Source of the DNA: Eledone cirrhosa
Lineage: Eukaryota
Direction: 5' to 3'
DNA: 64,000 bases
NCBI GenBank assembly: GCA_964016885.1
Contig: CAXHJY010000210.1
Location: forward strand, 62,001-126,000
This document shows, piece by piece, positions 42,256-56,275 of the stretch. The translations under genes were made by a program, and so were the position numbers. The notes under the pieces were generated by a model. That model saw only the letters and a list, made by a program, of their open reading frames with translations, was not told where the DNA came from and ran no database searches. Position 1 is the stretch's first letter; each line of letters begins with the position of its first letter.

Positions 42256-42818
42256 GTCACAAATGACTATGGGATTTACACCTAGAAAGTTCTCTTCCAA
42301 GGCACAAGTCCAGGTGGTTTGTGGAAGACCAGCAATCACCCCTCTCCACACCACTGATGTTGTCTAAGAGAAAGGCAATGGTTGATACAGCTTGGCACCA
42401 GTGATGTTGCAACTCATTTCTACAGCTGAGTGAACTGGTGCAGAGCAAAATATGACTTGCTCAAGGACACAATACACCACCCAGTCTAAGAATCGAACTC
42501 ACAACGTCATGATTGCAAGCCTAATGCTCTAAACTACTAAGCTGTCTATATTATACAATAATTGTTTCTACTTTTGGCTCAAGGCCAACAATTACCCCAA
42601 TGCATTACTGGTGCTTTATTTTATCGACCCTGTAACGATGAAAGACAAAGCTAACCTCAGTGGGATTTGAACACAGAACGTAAAGGGCCATAACTCTATG
42701 CTGAAAAGCATGGTGTCTGATGCTCTACCGATACTGCCAATCAATGATTTTCAGTAATAATGTTTCCTGTAAACAAATATGTCAATAAACATGCTAAGGG
42801 GTGGTTTTTATGTATTAT

Positions 42819-43006
42819 GGTGGATTGGCAGTATCGGTAGAGGGTCGGACGCCATGCTTTGACGTATAGAGTTACGGCCCTTGCCATTCTGAGTTCAAAT
42901 CCCGCCGAGGTTAACTTTGCCTTTCATCCTTACGGGGTCAATAAAATAAAGTACCAGTAATGCACTGGGTAATTGCTGGCCTTGTGCCAAAAGTAGAAAC
43001 AATTAT
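42819..43006 (+). mobile_element. Meta-type tRNA-derived SINE
   Basis: GAGTTCAAATCCCGCCGAGGTTAACTTTGCCTTTCATCCTTACGGGGTCAATAAAATAAAGTACCAG core and ATT tail. Many other copies (8067, 37720, 42560, 46218, 54712-55240, 58530-58920, 60767-61090, 62836). Confidence 0.8.
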
Positions 43007-43917
43007 TTGGTTGAATGTAATTTTTGTTTACATTTGCTTTTATGTCATTACAACTTCACAGAAAAAATATTTCAGTCACAAAATGGTTAAACAAAATGGA
43101 AACCTGTGTGTAGGTACATGTAGGACATGCAATGGAAGGTTGCACTCTTCAAATGACACAGTTCAATGGTAATATGGTAAAAATCAACCTAATTTTGTCA
43201 TGTTATGCTCTCATTTAGTAGCTCAATAATTGTTAATTGTGATTAATTATAAATTATTATAATATATTGCCTACAGTTAATTCTATGCGTTTTCATACCT
43301 CAATACATGATCACAATTATAGATAATCGATAATTGATTAATTAGGTATCAGCTAATAAGACAAGGATGATTAATTGGTATTCGGCCAATTTCCTTATCA
43401 ATGCATCCCTAGTCTTGGTGACACATGGGCACACATAGACTAGCAACTACTGATACACACACACACATATATATATGATACACACACACACATATATATA
43501 TATATGATAAAGAGTCAGGATTCAATGGCTGAGCTCTTGCCGTTCCAAAAGCTAATTCCAAGTATCGAGTACTCTGTTGAGTAATAGACTAACTAGCTTT
43601 AAATTAAATCCATCCTGATTTATATATAGAGAGAGAGATTTGCTCTACGGTTCTTATATATTTGATATATATTTATCCTTATTGAGCCCTCTTTGGATTT
43701 TAGTCTTCAAATTTATTATTATTACTATATATATATTCATAAATAAGTTCCTATTTAAATTTAAATCTTATAACATAATTTGATGTAAGAAGCATTTGTT
43801 AGATTATGTTACAAATATCATCAAAATAATGAAAATTAATTTATTAAAATACAGTGTATTACATTTTTTTTGTTCACCGCAAGCAAGGCAATAAAACCAC
43901 TTAAATGCAAGGGGTTA

Positions 43918-44270
43918 CTGAGAAGGGAGAAAATATAATTCAAGGAGAGAGAGAAGATGACGATTGGTATTATTTTTGAATTTTTGCAAATTGTAATGGT
44001 CAGGAGAGCAAGAAGCCAGAAGAGAATTCCTTAGGTGAGATGTGCAAGGGGAGAAATTATCAGAATAGAATTTGTGATTGCATTTAAGAACTTCAACTGT
44101 AAATAGATGAGACCTAGCCACAAATCTGGTGTTCCGTATAAACTTGTGAAGACACGGCAACAAAGAGGAAAGCTCATCAGAACAATTCTCATGAAAATAT
44201 TTATAAAAAATGACAAATCAAAACACAAAAACGGTAGGTTATAATTTGAAGGAGACATGGCAGCTATTCC
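43918..44270 (-). pseudogene. CR1-like LINE 3' fragment
   Basis: Remnants LSFFINIF/FYKYFH..CSDELSS and RNTRF...NSLLASCSPDHYNLQKFK.NTNRHL. Confidence 0.65.
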
Positions 44271-44615
44271 AGTGGGTTAATAAATTACATTGAAGCTCTT
44301 TCATTGGCTTACAAATATAAGATAATCTGTTGAAGCAGGCAATATGGTGTCCTTATATAAAAGGCAACATAAAACAGCTATAAGCTCAATCACATTTCTG
44401 AAGCACAAACAAATTTATCATGTAAACTCAAATATAACCCAATCCAAATATAAGCCAACTCCCTATTTTATGTCTGAGAAATAAACAAAAATCTAAACAC
44501 CTTTTATAAGCTGAGGCAGGTAATCAACACATTACATCTAGATGGTTTGGCTTTGAAATTCTAATGAGTGGAAAATATATTTATGAAGTTTTAATGTTTT
44601 AAGTGTTGTTTAGAG

Positions 44616-44909
44616 CAGTGGTGGTCCGCGGACTGGTACTGGTACGCGAGCCATCAGCTACCGGTACGTGTCCAGGCCATGCTAAGGAATCATTTGAGGA
44701 ATTTTTTTTATTACATTTTTATATGTTTTGATATTGTATTATTTGTTTACAAAATAAATAGAAGATAAAAAAATGGTCAACTATTATTATATTCATTATA
44801 TATATATTGTTTCCGGTATAAATTAATATTACTACGAAATATTAGCGGTACGTGGCACATTGAAAAAAAAAATACCGGTCCGCCACATCAGATAGTTTGA
44901 GAAGCACTG
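44616..44909. mobile_element. hAT MITE
   Basis: CAGTG...GTTTGAGAAGCACTG with perfect 8-bp TSD GTTTAGAG. Confidence 0.85.
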
Positions 44910-45432
44910 GTTTAGAGTATAGTTTGTTTCACAACCCCCATTATGTTAAGATTTTTTTTTTACTGATTTCCAGCTATTTTAAAGATTTATATTCATTCAA
45001 GACATCAAAAACAATAGTAAATATGAATTTTACATCAAAAGTAAAACTGGTGTAATCACCTCCAAAGTGAAAATAATCAAGTTAGGGAAAATCAGCAAAA
45101 TATTGGAACCCCCCTATCTTATCAGTGATTTTTTTTTTTTTTTTTTCCCTCATCACATATTTCTATGATAGGTTGGTTTTTAAGAAGAGAATGAAAAATA
45201 CTTATCTAACAGAAATAGGATGTATTACAGAAAGGATAAAAAGGACATGGGACAAACAACATGTTGATGGAACATGGAGAAACAGTAGAACATAAAATAG
45301 CATTGTGTATCACCTAACTCTAGGATGAAGTAACACAGACACAAAGAGAAGATCACTGAAATTGCAAGATGTTTTCATACTTTCATTAAAAAATCAGTAA
45401 TCGAAACTGGATTAAGTATTTGTCTTAGATCA

Positions 45433-45659
45433 TCTATATATATAAAAACAAAAATGTATGTCTGTATGCAGGCGATATATTTCCATAGTTTCCATCTGAT
45501 TTTGTTCAAATTTGATACATATGTTGTTTAACTCCCGGAGCATGTCAGGATATAGTTTAAATCTTGCTCTACCCTAAAAATAGCAGGGTTCTGGGGCTAT
45601 TTAAAGACAGCTATGTTTAGGAGAGAGGTGTGCCCAGGAACGACGGGCACTTTTGCTAG
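45433..45659 (+). mobile_element. Complete non-autonomous Helitron (227 bp)
   Basis: A|TC 5' end, subterminal hairpin GTGCCC..GGGCAC, CTAG|T 3' end, no TSD. Confidence 0.88.
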
Positions 45660-45741
45660 TACTATGATAAAAAAAAAAAACAATAGCTATGATTTTGAAA
45701 ATATCAGTGTTGAGTAGGTTTGAAATTCTTATAAAATTTAG

Positions 45742-45950
45742 ATGCAGAAAATAACTGTAAACACAGTTGATTGCTATAAATAATAGCTTATAAAATTGGG
45801 TAAAATACCCTCTAAACAGAAAAAGTGGTCAGTAGCTGCCACAAAATATCAAATTACTGGCTACCTTTTCCCGTCTATAGAGGTATTTTAACCGATTTTC
45901 TAAGCTATTATTTATAGCAAATCAACTGTGTTTACAGTTATTTCTTGCAT
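45742..45950. repeat. Foldback MITE-like element, ~90-bp arms
   Basis: AAATAACTGTAAACACAGTTGATTGCTATAAATAATAGCTTA... pairs with ...TAAGCTATTATTTATAGCAAATCAACTGTGTTTACAGTTATTT. Confidence 0.85.
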
Positions 45951-48480
45951 TTTGGATTTCTACATTTTCTAAGGACTAGGATTTTTTTCAACAAGCTGAC
46001 ACGTATGTGTGTGTGTATGCATACATTTATATGTATGAGTATATAAATATAAACGTGCCAAGATACACACTTGCCAAAATACAGACTCACACGCAGCGTA
46101 GCAAATAGTAAAAATGGAACATATGAATGGGATGTGGACACCTGACTTCTCTAGCCTCAGAACAGGACAACCTTCTAACCCATGCAAGCATGGGAAATAG
46201 ATATTAGATTGTGATAATTGTTTCTACTTTTGGCACAAGGCCAGTAATTTGAAGGGGAGGGGGGAATCAATTAAATCGACCTCAGGGTATTACTGGTACT
46301 TTATTTTATCAACGCCATAAGGATGAAAGGCAAAGTTGACTTTGGTGAGATTTGAACTCATAAACTAAAGATCCGTAACTCTATGCCACAAAGCATGTTG
46401 TCCAATGCTCTAACGATTCTGCCAATCCACCACCAATATATTATTACCACCATTAAGTGATAATAATAATAAATTGTATCTGTATATGGGAGGGGGGGGG
46501 GGTCTGATGTAGTGTGTGAGAAGACTAAGATGATATGGACATGTGATGCATATGGAAAATGACAGCTGTATAAAGAAATATAGAGAGATCTCAGTGGATG
46601 GGATTTGTGGGAGAAGTAGACATAGGATGAAGTAGTGAAGACTGACCTTAGAAAACTGGATCTCATGACAGAGATAACAAAGGACCGCAAGGAACACACT
46701 TGTCTAACACTCATGACATACTTTCATACCCCTTCGCCCATATCACCCTTTGAACCTCATACACCTGTTATACACCCATGACATCTTAGTCAATCCCCAA
46801 AACCTCTTGTCACTTACCCCATCTTACCCCCTACACACACATAGGATAGAGAGGACCTGTTAAATTAATGAGTCTATAACTACCAACCTGTAGTGCGGTT
46901 GGTGACAGAGAAGGCTTCCAGATGGAGAAACCATGCCAAAAAAGGTTAAGAGGATCTTCCAGTCATGACAAAACAACCTCCCTAGGCTTAGTGCCACAAG
47001 AAATTCTCCGACATCCTGTAAAGCAGTTAGAGATAGGAAGGGCATCAAGCTGTAAAACCTATGCCAAAAAAGGATCGAGAGGACTCTTCAGTTGTGTCAA
47101 TGAATGGTGTGACTTCTCAAGTGTTAGTGATTAACATGATAAACACACCCAGTACACTCTGGGAGGGGAATCCTGCCAAAAAAGAGGTCAAGAGGACTCT
47201 TCAGATATGTCAAAGATATGACAACCTCTCTAGTGCTGGTGCCATGATAATATGATATGTGACAACCCATCCAATCTTTGCTAGAAAACAAGACCTTTTA
47301 GCATTTACATTACTCTATAAATATTATTGTATTTCTGTGGTAAAGGCTTTATCTTACATAACCATTTCACATAATATCGAATCTATGAGATTTTGATATT
47401 ATTTACTTTGAGAACAACACCGATCAGTATGAGCAGCCAGTTACAGCCGGTTTGAACAGAAAGAGGTGAGAGAATTCTGGCTGGATACGGCCAGTTTAAA
47501 TGCTAAAAGGTTAAATGATGATGATGATGATCACACACACGTATATATATTCCTTTATTCTTTTGCTTGTTTGAATGCGGGTGCATGAACTTTGGTTGAG
47601 TCTGGTATTTATAAATCTCTTTTTTTTGTTGTTGAACCACTGAGTTATGGGACATAAATACAAAACATAGAGACACACATAAACACACACACATATATGA
47701 AAAGCTTCTGCAGTTTCCATCTACCAAATTCCACTCACAAAACATTGGTCAGCCTGAGGTTATTGTAGAATATTTTGCCTAAGGTGCAATGCAATCAAAT
47801 TGAACCCGGAACCATATGGTTGCACAGTCAACTCCATTGTGAAAATGTTATCAAAGGCCAGGTGGTGGGATGGATTTCACCCACCCTCAGTTAATTTTCA
47901 TATATGTCAGGGAGGGGGTGGAGTGGAGTTAGTGAGTGAGAAAATGTGCATTAAATAAATTTAAAATAAAAATTGAAAACAACTAATTGTCTTCATGTCA
48001 ACTCTCCTAAATTTCTAGTTGACTTTATAAAAAAGATTGCAGAACCAGATAACTGCATGTGTGCTTATGTGTGTATGTGTGTTTGCGTGGGGATGGGTTG
48101 GAGACACAAATATATTTAGGGCCATTAACATGTAACAGTAAATATGTCATCATGCTATTATTGTTTGAGGGAAGTTCTCCTTGTGGGGTTAGGGTCACAT
48201 TAGTTCAGGATGACCCTAAAATACAATGATAAATTTTAAGTACTACTTTTTTTTAGATACAAACATAAGCACTTTAAAATAAACAGTTTTGTATCATAGA
48301 ACCAGAGGCAATTTTTAGACAGTTTTGTATCAAAGTATTAAGCTGGTGTTTGGAACATAACTAAACAGAAGAACTTACATAAAATGAAGATGGAATGTTT
48401 TTAGATAAATACAAACACTTTAAAATAAACAATTTCGTATCATAGGAACAGAGGCGGTTTGGTATAAAAAGTGTTTTTAA

Positions 48481-48806
48481 CCCTTTAGCATTTACATTAT
48501 ATATACTATTGTATTTTCACGGTAAATAATTATCTCACATACTATTGAATCTATGAGATTTTGATATTATTTATTTTGAGAACAATATCTTAAAGTTGGT
48601 ATGAGTGGCTGGTTACAGCTGGTTTGAACAGAAAGAGGTGAGAGAATTCTGGCCAGGTACAGCCATAACCGGCCGCTAATACTGGCATTTAGGTATTGTA
48701 TTCAAAATAAATATTATCAAAATTTTGTAGATTCAATATTATGTGGGTTAAAGCCTTTACCATAAAAATACAATAGTAAATATAGAGTAATGTAAATGCT
48801 AAAGAG
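48481..48806. mobile_element. Palindromic piggyBac MITE derivative (two left ends facing each other)
   Basis: TTAA|CCCTTTAGCATTTACAT... joined near 48660 to an inverted left end ...ATGTAAATGCTAAAGAG|TTAA. Confidence 0.75.
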
Positions 48807-50657
48807 TTAAAGAAACAAAAATCACAAATTAAAAAAAAATTTGTGACTTTCATGCTTGCCATAAGAGCATTTGAGACATGTAAAGTGATTGCTTTTTACT
48901 TTTTAGTCAGAGATTGAAGGGTTGTGCCCATAGCCCTGAACAGAGTCTCTAATACTGGTAGGAGAGAGAGAAAGGAGGTGGACGGTATCCTCAAACCAGA
49001 GAGCCAGAGAGCTGGCCTGTGAGGACTCTACTAAAGTGTACCCAAAGTAACAGATTAAGTTCATCGAGATTTAGAACCATTACTGCAAGGCAACTCCACC
49101 AATATTCAATGGACTGGTAGTTTATTTTACTTAGACCCCAAAAGAATAAATAGAATAGTCGATTGAACTCAGAGCACAGGAATCTGAAAAAAATACTATT
49201 TTGTCCTAAAAACTGCAGATAAAAAGATGTGAAACCAAGTCATTTACCTGCAAACAGCCTGTGAAATTGTAAGTGGGTACCAATTATGTTCCAACAACTA
49301 GTGCTGCCAGTTGTTGGAGTGCCACACTAGATGTTTTCAGAGTCAGCAAACACCATTGGTTTTTACCCTCCATTATGCACATAATCTGTCCATTCCTTAA
49401 TATTGTCAGACCAGGATTTTCTTTGTCTGTCTCTTCTTCAACTGTGCCCAAGAGAATGGTTTTGGACTGGGAGTCATGGTGTGATATGTGACTGTACCAG
49501 GTGAACTTCCATCTTTTTACCATCACAATGAGGGATTCCGGTCAGCCAGTATATTTGTTGATTTGCTGTCTGACAAATGTGGTCTCTGTACAGAATGGAT
49601 AGTAGACCTGTGGAGCATTTGTGCTTTAAAGTAGGCACTAAAGCCTAGTAAAGTTCACTTTCAACAGCCCAGTCTACCTAGCTATAAGTAGGTACTACAG
49701 TGTGGTTTAGTTCACTGCACTGTGTCTATAACCAAGACACTTAACTGTCAACAGTCCAGTCCACATAGCTGTAAGTAGGTACCAAGGTATGATATAGTTT
49801 ACTGTACTATGTCCATGTCACGTAACTGTCAATATTCCAGGCTACTTTTTTTTTCTTTGCTTGATAGATCTGGAAGAAGGGGTAGTACCAATGGCTTTCG
49901 TAGTCCTTCCAAGACTAGAGAAATTGATGCTGCTGATATTTTGTTTAAATTAGTGCAGATTCACTCCTTGGAGAAAGACATAAGCAGGAGGGGAGCCAAA
50001 TGGAAATGCTGACCATGGAGGTTAGTATGGAGTATGGAGTATTGAGTACAATACAGGTGGTGAGAGGATGGAAAGATGAGTTGAGAGTATCTGGAGTGTA
50101 GGTGGCGTAAGCCCAGCAATCTCCAAAGAGCAGAGACCATTTTGTAATGGTAGAAGAAGCAGAAGGAAAGGAGAAAGTCCAGGAAACCAATGTGAGTTAT
50201 GCAGCAACACTGCTCTAGTGATGTGCTCCATTGTGGATTTCACCAGAACTTTGTAGAGGGTCATTAACTAATGGAGGCTGAAGTATTTTCTGACCTTGAA
50301 GGGAAGGGCCAGTTGTTGAGATGCAGTCCAAGCTATGTTGAGGATGTGTGAGAGATTCTCAGTGGTTGTGAAGAAAAGCATTTGGGTATCTTTGATATCC
50401 TTCCATAACTGAATTGGATGACTGTCACTAAATGGTACAAACATTTGCCAGTTGTGCCAGAACTAGGGGTTAAAAATAAGTTCTGAAGTTGATATAATTG
50501 ACTAAACCCTTTAACAGAGTCCCCGAGTATGGTTGCAGGCCAAAGTTTGAAACGAGCAAAGGAATAAAAAAAATAACACAATATAGATATGAGAGCTGAG
50601 ATGATTCTTCAGTTGTGTCAAGGGTAAGACAATCTCTCTAGAGCTGGTGATCTACAT

Positions 50658-51010
50658 CAGTGATTCTCAAAGTGGGTGGTACCGTCCAGAGGGCAGTGGG
50701 GAAGGTATAGATGATATAATAGTATATTAAAACCCATGCTAGCGTGGAAAATGGATGTTAAACGAAGATGATGATGATGATTAAATGTCAAATGATGCAT
50801 ATTATAAATATAGTAAAATAAAAAAAAAACATATAATATTTATTTATACATAACATATATTATATCATTCATTATATTTACGATTTTATTTATTATAAAT
50901 TATTTACAATTTGTATGTAGACAGGTCTCACTGGAAATAGGGGTGGGGGGCTCTGAGGGTATTATGTGGCCGTGAGGTGGGGGGGGGACTGAAAAGTTTG
51001 AGAACCTCTG
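50658..51010. mobile_element. hAT MITE carrying an RTE tail insertion
   Basis: CAGTGATTCTCAAAG / GTTTGAGAACCTCTG with perfect TSD ATCTACAT. Related reverse copy at about 53770-54025. Confidence 0.85.
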
Positions 51011-51633
51011 ATCTACATGATAAATGCACCCACTAAATTCTGTACAATGGTTGGTAATAGGAAGGGCATTCAGTCATTTAAAAAAATAAAGGCCAAACTA
51101 AGGGCGGGGAGGATTCTTCAGCTGTGTTGAAGTCATAACAAATTCCCTAGATCTGGTGCCACAATAAAATGCACTTAGTGTACTCTGTGGAGTGTGAAGA
51201 ACATATGTAAGTGAGAAGCAGCCCCACCCTCATACCCGCTCATTTAAGAGGTAAGTAGCTCTGGTTACATACTGACTTGGTCTGTGACAACCTGTCCAAC
51301 ATTTGCTAGCAGGGATGTTGAATGACGATGATGATGATGATGAATATATGTGAGTGTGTGTATAAATAGAGATAGATATACATACATATAAACAATTAAA
51401 TAATCCTATGTTTTCAATTTAAAAAAAAACGGGGAGACATGAGTAAAATAAGTTTGAAGTAAAGATATTTACACTCCCTTGTTTTGAAATTCAAAACATA
51501 AATTTTCTAAATTGTTTATATAAACCGCTCTGAATTTAGTATATTTTCACAACAATTCATGAGTTGTCTATGGTACATTTGGAGCTTATTTATATTTCTG
51601 ATATAGCTAACTATCTATCTATATATAAATATA

Positions 51634-52046
51634 ACTGCGGAGGATATGCGACGGCTGGAGAGAAATGAAGCAAGCCTACTCCATTGGATGTGCAATGTCG
51701 ATGTGTGTGAACGACCAAGCATAGACGAGTTGAGAGAGAAACTGTGTATAAGAGGGATAGGCTGTAGTGTGCGGGAGAGGAGACTACGTTGGTATGGACA
51801 TGTGATGCGCATGGAGGATGACCGCTGGGTAAAGAAGTGCCAAGAAATCCCAGTAGAAGGAAGACGCAGTAGAGGAAGACCACAAAAAACATCAGCAGAG
51901 GTGGTGAGAGCTGACCTCAGATCGCTGAAGCTCACGGAGATGACGAAGGACTCTGACGAATGGAGAGATACTGTGCTGAATAGGACCAGTCCCACCCTTG
52001 CAAGCAGGGAAAAATAAAATGGTTGTAAAATGATGATGATGATGAT
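51634..52046 (+). mobile_element. RTE LINE 3' fragment (second subfamily)
   Basis: [17 protein letters not shown]...[12 protein letters not shown]...GRPQKT with GAT tail. Confidence 0.88.
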
Positions 52047-52187
52047 ATATATGAGTCCCGGATTCAATCGGGGGTAACCACAGTTAGTAAGGTGCTCAAT
52101 ACATTAGTAGAGTGTAAACATCAGTTTAATATAGAAATGGCTTATATATATATTATATCATTTATTTATGTTCATACAGGAACCAAA

Positions 52188-52273
52188 GGTGTTACCCAAG
52201 GTTTCAAAGTCCAAATTTGACCATAGCTCCAGAAAACAGGAGGCATCAAAATAGTCACTCTTCTTCAGGCGCT
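52188..52273 (-). ncRNA. Degenerate type I hammerhead motif
   Basis: Minus strand reads agcgc-CTGAAGA-AGAGT...ACTTT-GAA-ACC ttg GGT-A-acacc. Core and stems II/III are intact; stem I is mismatched. Confidence 0.5.
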
Positions 52274-52786
52274 AATACAAGTTTATATTAGACACTTGGA
52301 ACCTTAAGTAGTACTTTTATTCCAAGTATGAACATAAATAAATAATATAATATTTCTGCTCTCTTCCTAATTGAGCACTGTTTTCCTTTTTCCTTTTCAC
52401 ATCTACAGATATTGCTACACATACACGCGCACACCCACCCACACACACACCCACACACACACACATATATATGCAAAAGGCAAACAGACATAACAAAGCA
52501 AATGACACAGTACAATGAAGAAATATATTATTAGTTTTACACATGATATAGTAGGAAAAAAGTCTTAATGTTTCAGATGGAAGTCTCTCATTAGAAAATA
52601 GACTGAGAAATAGAAAGATAGAAGAGAGTGTGCAGCAGCAGAAACAAAAGAATTTCTTAGGGAAACAAGGTTTGTCCCAAAAGTAACAGTACTGATTTTC
52701 CTATGAATGACATGGTAACACAGCACCTCGTTGACATATATAGGCATATTGGTTGTGTCTTTAATCACATATATATTTGTTTCAAC

Positions 52787-53215
52787 ATGATCGATTAAGT
52801 CAGCTACAATAGTATGCAGTCAAATTTTGTGTGAAACTCAACAAATCTACCACCATAACATTTAATTCTTTAACACAAGCTTATGGAGATGCGACTCTGT
52901 CAAGAAGTAAAGTTTTTAATTGGTACAAAGCTCTCAAAGCGGCCTGAGAAAATGTTGAAAACTAGCTGGAAAAACGGATGTTAAAATGATGATGATGAAG
53001 CCTCATTCTGGAAGGCCAATCTCATCAATAAATGAACAAAATGGGAAGAAGGTGCAAGTGGTGATGATGAAAGATCACTGATTAGGTATTAGGATGATTG
53101 CAGAAGAAACAAGCTTGGATAAAAATGTAGTTCACAGAATTTTAACAGACCGTTTGCACATGCGAAACATTTGTGCAAAACTAGTGCTCAAACACTTGTC
53201 TGTAGAGCAAAAAAT
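52787..53215 (+). pseudogene. mariner transposase N-terminal remnant interrupted by an RTE tail (~52961-52998)
   Basis: YAVKFCVKLNKS...AYGDATLSRSKVFNWYK...HSGRP...IRMIAEET...HRILTD.LHMRNICAKLV. Confidence 0.8.
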
Positions 53216-54207
53216 GAACTGGTTCAATCCCTAGCAGTGCATTGCTCCAGTCCACTCAGTTGTCAAAAGTGAGTTATATCTGTAATTCAAAGAACCAGCC
53301 TTGTCACACTGTGTTATACTGAATCTCCCTTAGAACTATGCTAAGGAACATGTCTATGAAATGCTTAGCCATTTGCATGTTAATTTCATGAGCAGGCTGT
53401 TCCATTGTTCAAACAACTGGAACACCCATCATCAGAACTGATAGTAGGAAATAAGATAATCCAAAGACATAGTCTTCAGTGATGCAACGGTTCTACTAAT
53501 AATAGTTTCTAATGTAGGCACAAAGCCTGCCATTTGGGAGGGTAAGGAAAGTTGATTAAATTGACACCAGTATTTAACTGGTACTTATTGCCCATTGAAG
53601 ATTGCAATAACAGTAATGTTAGACCTAACTAATGTTAAATGAAGTCCATCATCATCATCATCGTTTAATGTCCATTTTCCACGCTAGCATGGGTTTGGAC
53701 AGGAATTTTCCCACTTGAGGCAAGGTTGGTTGACTTGCTCGTATAGGACTGTCTGGCGGGTTTTCTCTGGCTGGATGTATATTATATATAATAAATAATA
53801 TAACGATGTAATTGATATATAATAAATAATATAATATATACTATGTATAAATAAATATATATTTTTTATTTTACTATATTTATATATTTAATATTTAATA
53901 TACTATTATATCATTTCTAACCCCCCCCCCCCCCCACCCATCGTCCCTTTAGAGTCCAATGTCCCTCTGGACTCAATATTCTCCGGGGTGGGGGTGGGGT
54001 TAGCTACCCACTTTGAGAACCTCTGATATAGAGTAATGTAAATGATAAGGGTTAAAACACAAATTTGTGACCCTGTGCCATGTCCACTTTTCCTGCTAGC
54101 AAGGGTTGACAGATGAACACAATCAATAGAGGGGATTTGTACTCAAGCAGAGTTAATGACCTTTTTCATAATTAATCCTATTGTGTGAGTTGGTGAAATG
54201 GTTAGAG

Positions 54208-54553
54208 CAGGGTTTGGCAACCTTTTGCCATGTGCTGGCCACATAGCTATGCAACAAACTCAAATGAAAAATTTTAAGGATGAAATGAAATAACTGACTT
54301 GTTTTAAGTAAGTCTGGGTCATTCTACATCCCTTCTATAGACATACTATAAATGTAGATATATATACACAAATACATGCACTCAGTCCCCTTGACCTTGA
54401 TGTCTGCCTATTCTATCTGTCTGATCTAAGTGAGTCTTGTAGCTAGCTGTATTCTAATCCAAAATAATTCAGAGCACTTTTTCAGAGATCACTTAGCCTG
54501 AGATCGAAACCTGTTGGTGGACCGGACAAAAATCCGGGGGTTGCAAATGCCTG
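54208..54553. mobile_element. hAT MITE inserted in the A-box region of a SINE
   Basis: CAGGGTTTGGCAACC / GGTTGCAAATGCCTG with perfect TSD GGTTAGAG. Confidence 0.82.
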
Positions 54554-55845
54554 GGTTAGAGCATTGAACATAAAACTTTGTAGTAGCTTTACCTGAATTA
54601 TAGCCTAATCAGCTTACCTCCTTCCCCCAAATTACTGGTCTTGTGCCTAAATTATTACTATGTGGGTTGGCAGAATTTTACTATAGGATAAAACACCTTA
54701 CAATATTCTTAGGGTTGTGGATTAGCAGAGTCGTTAGAACATCATACAATATGCTTTGTGGCATGCAGTTGCAGTCCTTTGCATTCAGAGTTCAAATTCC
54801 GCTGAAGTTAGCTTTGCTTTTCATCTTTACAGAGTTGATAAAATAAAGTACCAGTAATGCACTGGGGCTGATTTAATCGACTTTCTCCCTCCCTTCAAAT
54901 TGTTGGCCTTGTGCCTAAATCAGATACCAATATTCGTAGGGCTATGGATTGGCAGTGTTTTGTGGAGTGCAGATATGGCCCTTTGCATTCTGGGTTCAAA
55001 TCCCGCCGAGGTTAGCTTTGCCTTTCATCCTTATGGTGTTGATAAAATAAAGTACCAGTAATGCACTGGGAAAGATTTTAGTGGAACTTTCCGTTTCCCT
55101 TCAAATTACTGGCCTTGTGCCAAAAGTAGAAACAATTATTCCATGGTCAACTTAGCCTTTTGTCTTTCAAGGATCCATAAAATACAGTACCAGTAATGTG
55201 TTGAGGTCAATATAAATGGACTATCCTTCTCCACAAATTATAGCTGTTATTTTTATTTTTTTAAATATATATTTTCTGTGTGTAGTTAGATAAACTTTTT
55301 GTCTACCTCTACTTAAAATCTGACTGTCTCTCTCTTTCCCTTTCTATCTGTCTTCATATTGTGTCTCTCTTTTTCACTCTACTTTCTCTTTCTTTATATC
55401 CCACTATCACTCATAATATCCCTCCTTAAATTTCTACTTTCCTTCTTTCCTTGTCCTCCTCCTGCTCACACACTCTTACTCTCATGCTACCTTTCTCCCC
55501 TTCCTTCTTTCTTTCCTAGAAGGCTCTCTTTTGTTGTCAAATAAATGAAGAACAGAAACCCCCAAACCTGTAAGGGTCAGTTTTAGGTCAGGGCAAGGAA
55601 AGCTGTGAAGCTGTGAGGCTGGGCTATTGTGTTTAGTCTGTGGTAGCTTGGTGGATGTTTTAGTGAGTTTGTTGATGAGAGTGAAAGGCAAGCGGCAAAG
55701 CAGCAAGCAGGCCAATAAACTGGAAATAGATAAAACACTGAAGTATCTTCTGACCCAGATAATCCACAATACTAATCAAACTCCCATCATATGGACTGCA
55801 AAGTTTAAAGAGTGTCTTGTAAAGAATATAAGATGTAGCAGAATG

Positions 55846-56275
55846 GGTGATGATGAAAATGATGGCTGTAGTGTTGGTGGTAGTGGTGGTGGTGGTGATG
55901 GTGGTGGTTGGTAGTGGTGGTGGTAGTGGTGATGGCAGTGGTGGTGGTGGTTGGTGGTGATGGTAGTGGTAGTGGTAGTGGGTGATGATGGCTGTAGTGT
56001 TGGTGGTGGTTTGGTAGCAATGATGATGATGGCTGTAGTGTTGATGGTTGTGGTAAGGGAGGTAGTAGTGACATTGATGAGAGGGATGTTGATGGTAGTA
56101 ATGGAAGCTGTAGTGGTGTTATTGAAGAGAGTAGGAGAGATGGCAATAAAGATGATGAATGATAATGCTTTATGGTAAAGGCAAGGTGATAATGATTATA
56201 ATGAAAATGGTGGTTGTGGTGGTGGTGGTGGAGAGGGTGATTATGATATTCCTAATGATGATAGTGATCATGATT
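55846..56275. repeat. (GGT/GAT/AGT)n low-complexity tract
   Basis: Direct reading. Confidence 0.9.

Noticed and set aside
55805-56178. Pro/Thr/His-rich or Val/Gly-rich ORFs
   Set aside because: Translations of a trinucleotide low-complexity tract.
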